Source: a virus. Taken from it: a DNA stretch of 64,000 nt. The stretch is from the IMG/VR virus record IMGVR_UViG_3300045044_000110; one strand, 5' to 3'. The notes beneath the pieces are model-generated. The model was not told the origin of the DNA, did no database searches, and was given only the letters and a program-made list of their open reading frames with translations. The translations under genes were made by a program, and so were the position numbers. Shown one piece after another: positions 60,629 to 64,000 of the stretch. The stretch's first letter is position 1; every line of letters starts with the position of its first letter.

Positions 60629-62473
60629 CTAAACGATTTGGTAGCGCCCTAAGGGTTGTTCATATTGGGCATAATCCCTTTGCTCCTGGCTTTCATAACC
60701 ATATGGGTTAGCCCAGTTCCCGGTAGCCTGCTGATGCCAAGATAGCTGGGCATCTCTGTTGAAAGCCTGGGCGATGGCTTGGCCAATTGCTCCGATTCCG
60801 CCCGCGATCCCCATGGCTGCCTGATTGCCCCCAGCTTGTGCCGCTGGGTATTGGGTAGCCTGGCTCCCCGTAGCCAGGATCGGGCCGCTCATGCCGGTTC
60901 CCGGCGAAGGCCCGACCACGTATTGGCCTGGGTAAACGGTTGATCCAGCTGGCCAGTAGCCGCCAGCACCGGGAGCCGTACCCGTTTGGGAGGCTTGATA
61001 AGGCGAGGTGGGCGCTGCCGGTGCCTGGGGTCCGACCTGCAAGCGGTTGGGGTTACCGTAGTAGACGCCGCCGGGCCCTACCTGCTGCTGCTGGCCTATC
61101 TGTCTGGGGACGCCGAAATTGTTGGCCAGGTAAGGATTCCCCTGGCTGGTGTTGGGCACCCAGCCGCTCTGCGGGGCAGCACCGGTTTGAGCGGCGGCGT
61201 TTGCAGCGGCAGGCGTTCGGGGTGTCTCCGCAGTAGGAGCCGTTCGAGTGACGTTGGTCTTAGGGTATTGCTGGACCAGCCTATTGTAATCCTGCTGAGC
61301 CTTCATCACGAGCGGATTGCCAGCCATAGCCGGACTGCCTGCTGTCGCCATTTGGGTCAGGATCGTTCTTTCTCCTTCGGGTAATTGGTTCAAAGCCCAG
61401 GCAGCGGCTGGATCGGATGGATCGACTGTGCCACCATCTGCCATATGCGCTGGGTAAAGCCCATCGCCAAGCTTGCTGGCTTTTTTCTTTTTATCCGTCC
61501 GGTTGAGTTGATCTAGCTTGTCGCGTCCGATCTTTTGGGCTGCATCCTTGTTAATCACATATTCGCCGGGAGTCAGCATGGCCGGGACCGTGTCGGTATC
61601 ATTCTCATTAACCTTCCCGCCGGATTGCATTTGTTTGAACCCAGCTTGCTGCAGGGCGATAGCTCCGGTGCTCGTACCCGGCGTCGTAGGATTGTTCACA
61701 TAATTAACTTCCGGCAGTACCCCCAGGCCTCGCGGTCCCGTTGGGGTAGGAGGAGGCACCGGCGCAGCTGGCGGTATCCCGGCAATAGGAGCGCCCGGAG
61801 TAATATTGGGCGGGATCTGGACACTGGGCGCAGCCGGAGGCCTGGCGATAGGCCGCCCAGACATGAACGGTCCTTGGGGCCTGGCCCCGAATGGGGTAAT
61901 AGGCTGGATTGCACCCTGACTAGGCGGCGGCACGGTTGCCTGGCCACCCATGAGTCCAGGCACATTCTGCCACGGCCCAGCTGGCACGGGTGGCACCCCG
62001 GTCGAAATCATCGGCATCTGCGGCCCTGAAAAAACGCCACCCTGGGGATTGATGGGCTGCTGGGCGGGATTAGGGTTAACGATCATCGGCTGGTTCAAAG
62101 CCGCCGCGCCCAGCTGGGACAAGCCGTAGAGGGGGTTACCGACAATCGCGTTGTTGAAGGGGTTCGGGACATTGGAGCCGCCGCCGCCACCCTGGGCGAG
62201 GCCGATGAGATTGAGCGCCTGGGATAATTGGGCTTGGGCTGCGTTTGGTCCCAAGCTTGTGTTCCCGCCACCGGGGCTGCTTTGCGTAACCTGCCCGCTG
62301 CCTCCCGTCTGTGGCACATAGGCGTTAAATGGGACGCCGGGGTTCACCTGCTGGATAAAACTTCCTACCTGGTCCAGCGGGATACCCTGTTGCTGGAGTG
62401 CGTTGGATGTCGAGGAACCGAAGATGCGGGAGACATCATCCCAGCTGTTAAGGGTAGGCCAATTATCAGCCAT
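60629..62473 (-). CDS. Putative internal-virion/ejection protein (614 aa)
   Basis: P/Q/G-rich; DTVPAMLTPGEYVINKDAAQKIG..L..LN motif known from phage virion proteins; ATG 62473 overlaps the TfuA stop by 8 nt. Confidence 0.65.
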   Translation of the reverse strand: MADNWPTLNSWDDVSRIFGSSTSNALQQQGIPLDQVGSFIQQVNPGVPFNAYVPQTGGSGQVTQSSPGGGNTSLGPNAAQAQLSQALNLIGLAQGGGGGSNVPNPFNNAIVGNPLYGLSQLGAAALNQPMIVNPNPAQQPINPQGGVFSGPQMPMISTGVPPVPAGPWQNVPGLMGGQATVPPPSQGAIQPITPFGARPQGPFMSGRPIARPPAAPSVQIPPNITPGAPIAGIPPAAPVPPPTPTGPRGLGVLPEVNYVNNPTTPGTSTGAIALQQAGFKQMQSGGKVNENDTDTVPAMLTPGEYVINKDAAQKIGRDKLDQLNRTDKKKKASKLGDGLYPAHMADGGTVDPSDPAAAWALNQLPEGERTILTQMATAGSPAMAGNPLVMKAQQDYNRLVQQYPKTNVTRTAPTAETPRTPAAANAAAQTGAAPQSGWVPNTSQGNPYLANNFGVPRQIGQQQQVGPGGVYYGNPNRLQVGPQAPAAPTSPYQASQTGTAPGAGGYWPAGSTVYPGQYVVGPSPGTGMSGPILATGSQATQYPAAQAGGNQAAMGIAGGIGAIGQAIAQAFNRDAQLSWHQQATGNWANPYGYESQEQRDYAQYEQPLGRYQIV

Positions 62474-63761
62474 TGTGCTCCTTTCCGGCTGCTGTGCGTT
62501 GGAGGGCCACACTCAGCTCGTTCAGATTCGAAAAGCCAGTTTCAAGCAGGTATTCTTCCGGGGTAATTTTCAGTTCCAGCCCTTCATTCTCCATGTGGCT
62601 GACCAGTCGCTGGAAAGCCGGGGTCTCAATATCGATGGAGATCCAGTCATCGTCTGTCAGCCGGGCTTCGTGTTGGGCCGCCTGGATTGCCCAGAAATCG
62701 AATCCTTGCTGGGTGCGCAGGTAATCCAGGATGGCCTGGGTGTTGCGCTTAAAACATTTGGTGACGGTTAGGTGGTGCTGCAGCTTGCGGATCCGGGCAT
62801 TCCGGATCATGAGCCGATTGTACTCAGGCCGGTGCCAGCCGTTGTTTTCTAAGAAGCATTCGAAGTCAGCCGGAGTTTCGATCTCGGCCCGGCGCTGGAA
62901 CCGGGCGTTCTCGGCTTCAATCTCCTCTAAGCTGACCTGGACCTTGAGCGCGTTACACAGCATGAGGGCCAGCTCCTGATTAGCCGAGTCCCAGCAGATC
63001 CGTTCCCACTCCGGGTTATGCAGCATGACATAGGCATCGAGGTGCTGCTGCGGTATTGGTATCCCATTGATGTCGATCCGGCGGTCACGCTCGTAGAGGG
63101 CCTGGAAGGTGAGCGACAGATGTTCTGGCAGCGGCTTGCACACCGGGTTGGGCTTATGCTCCCGGAATTCGCGTAAGGCTAGCTCGGCATCAATCTGTTT
63201 CTGGGGGATACAGGGGAAGCCCGTCTGGAGCGCCTCACTCTGCCAGGTGTTCTCGCATAGGTCGCGGGTCCGCCAGGTATAAGGAATCTGGCGCATGGCC
63301 TCCAGGAACCAGTCAGCGTTGCCGCCCAGTTCTTGGACTCCGGCTCGGATATCCACCAGGGGAACGGTGTTGAGGTGGAAGAGTCCGTTATGCTCTGCGT
63401 AGCTGACCGCGACCTCGCTGTCGTCCTCGGTGACGCCATCCCGGTACCATTCATAGATCTGGCCGATCCCGACCATGCCCAGGTAATCCAGCTCAGCCGC
63501 ACGCAGGGCCCCCATCGAGGCCGCGCCGTAGACTCCGGCTACACCGGGATACTGCAGGGCATAGACCAGCTCCTTGTGCCACACCGACAAATTCTCTCTG
63601 AATACCCCATCCAGGAGGATGATGTGAGTGGGTGAATACCGAGCCAGGTCACTCACAATGTCTGCCTGCCGGGCCGGTGGCCGGTAAATGGCATCGGGCA
63701 GGATCGCCTTGGCGTTTCCAAGAGGGAGGCTGGGCCCGAGATAGACTAAGACTTTTTCCAT
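62466..63761 (-). CDS. tfuA: TfuA-family protein (partner of thioamide-forming YcaO) with C-terminal helical extension
   Basis: VYLGPSL...RPPARQAD...ILLDGVF....SVWHKEL..AL...VYGAASMGALRAAEL..LGMVGIGQIYEWYRDG..EDDSEVAV...VPLVDIR is the full TfuA signature. Confidence 0.95.
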   Translation of the reverse strand: MEKVLVYLGPSLPLGNAKAILPDAIYRPPARQADIVSDLARYSPTHIILLDGVFRENLSVWHKELVYALQYPGVAGVYGAASMGALRAAELDYLGMVGIGQIYEWYRDGVTEDDSEVAVSYAEHNGLFHLNTVPLVDIRAGVQELGGNADWFLEAMRQIPYTWRTRDLCENTWQSEALQTGFPCIPQKQIDAELALREFREHKPNPVCKPLPEHLSLTFQALYERDRRIDINGIPIPQQHLDAYVMLHNPEWERICWDSANQELALMLCNALKVQVSLEEIEAENARFQRRAEIETPADFECFLENNGWHRPEYNRLMIRNARIRKLQHHLTVTKCFKRNTQAILDYLRTQQGFDFWAIQAAQHEARLTDDDWISIDIETPAFQRLVSHMENEGLELKITPEEYLLETGFSNLNELSVALQRTAAGKEHNG

Positions 63762-64000
63762 TCTTCGCCCTCCTCGTTGTCCTCCTCGGGTTCGGTGACC
63801 TTCTCCTTCCCCTGTCTAGCCAGCTCAGCCATCTTGCGCCGGGCATAAGAGAGGCAGCGCAGGCCTGGCTGCCAGAAATCGAACTTGAACGGCTCACATT
63901 GCGGGCTCATCACCCGGACCACATGTACGCTTTCCAGGTAAGAACCGATCTCTTTAACGTAGACCTCCGATACTCCTCGCGCTTTGATCTGGCGCAAGAG
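63746..64000 (-). CDS. ycaO: C-terminal end of a YcaO-family protein (truncated by window end)
   Basis: LLRQIKARGVSEVYVKEI...VHVVRVMSPQCE...PGLRC matches the YcaO C-terminal L..L...G...V...(D)L....VVRV..P.LE...G.R pattern; overlaps the TfuA start by 16 nt, the usual ycaO-tfuA order. Confidence 0.7.
   Translation of the reverse strand, partial: LLRQIKARGVSEVYVKEIGSYLESVHVVRVMSPQCEPFKFDFWQPGLRCLSYARRKMAELARQGKEKVTEPEEDNEEGEEWKKS

Noticed and set aside
60629-62465. Classical RiPP precursor peptide downstream of tfuA
   Set aside because: The next gene is a 614-aa virion-type protein with no short leader-core ORF; a precursor upstream of ycaO, outside the window, cannot be excluded.
60629-62473. 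Tape-measure protein, suggested by the DTVPAMLTPGEYV motif
   Set aside because: The protein is Pro/Gln/Gly-rich rather than long and helical, and no tail tube, sheath or chaperone genes are present; an ejection protein fits better.
95-63635. Numerous long opposite-strand or alternate-frame ORFs in the track (e.g. 2356-3078, 6077-6955, 7633-8307, 40080-40892, 48077-48991, 54144-54794)
   Set aside because: They shadow well-supported genes in GC-rich DNA, have no recognisable motifs and do not fit the operon packing.
1-64000. tRNA/rRNA genes, integrase, major capsid, DNA polymerase, stop-codon recoding
   Set aside because: No cloverleaf or rRNA-like segments or matching motifs were seen; long ORFs read cleanly in the standard code.

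Overview
This window is a 64-kb segment of a tailed dsDNA bacteriophage genome, GC-rich and probably podovirus-like. Both ends cut through genes. Reading leftward on the minus strand from the right end: the C-terminal end of a YcaO protein, a full TfuA protein, three putative ejection/internal-virion proteins (614, 809 and 2894 aa; the largest is a multi-domain 'polyvalent' protein), and a glycoside-hydrolase-like protein. A short plus-strand cassette of small basic proteins follows, then a collagen-containing fibre, further tail/fibre genes and a secreted beta-helix protein. The middle (about 20-37 kb) is a mosaic of small accessory ORFs (KTSC, ParB-like, DUF6011-like, HNH, zinc fingers, a TerS-like gene). 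It contains a palindrome-rich non-coding spot at about 30.5 kb where G/C skew flips. Left of that lie recombination/replication genes (Bet-like SSAP, SF2 helicase, VRR-NUC-like nuclease, replication protein), then terminase large subunit, probable portal, probable scaffold and three glycosyltransferase-like genes, one fused to an FkbM methyltransferase. I found no major capsid, integrase, DNA polymerase, tRNA or CRISPR array in the window. The most striking feature is a phage-encoded YcaO-TfuA backbone-thioamidation pair whose reading frames overlap the virion-protein operon. Together with the glycosyl/methyltransferase cluster, it suggests the phage chemically modifies its own virion proteins. 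Two recurring intergenic DNA motifs (TGCGCAACGTTGCGCA and TTATAATGCNTAATTCA) and a recurring [FYM]xxGGxV protein motif also stand out. All family assignments come from motif recognition by eye, not database searches.
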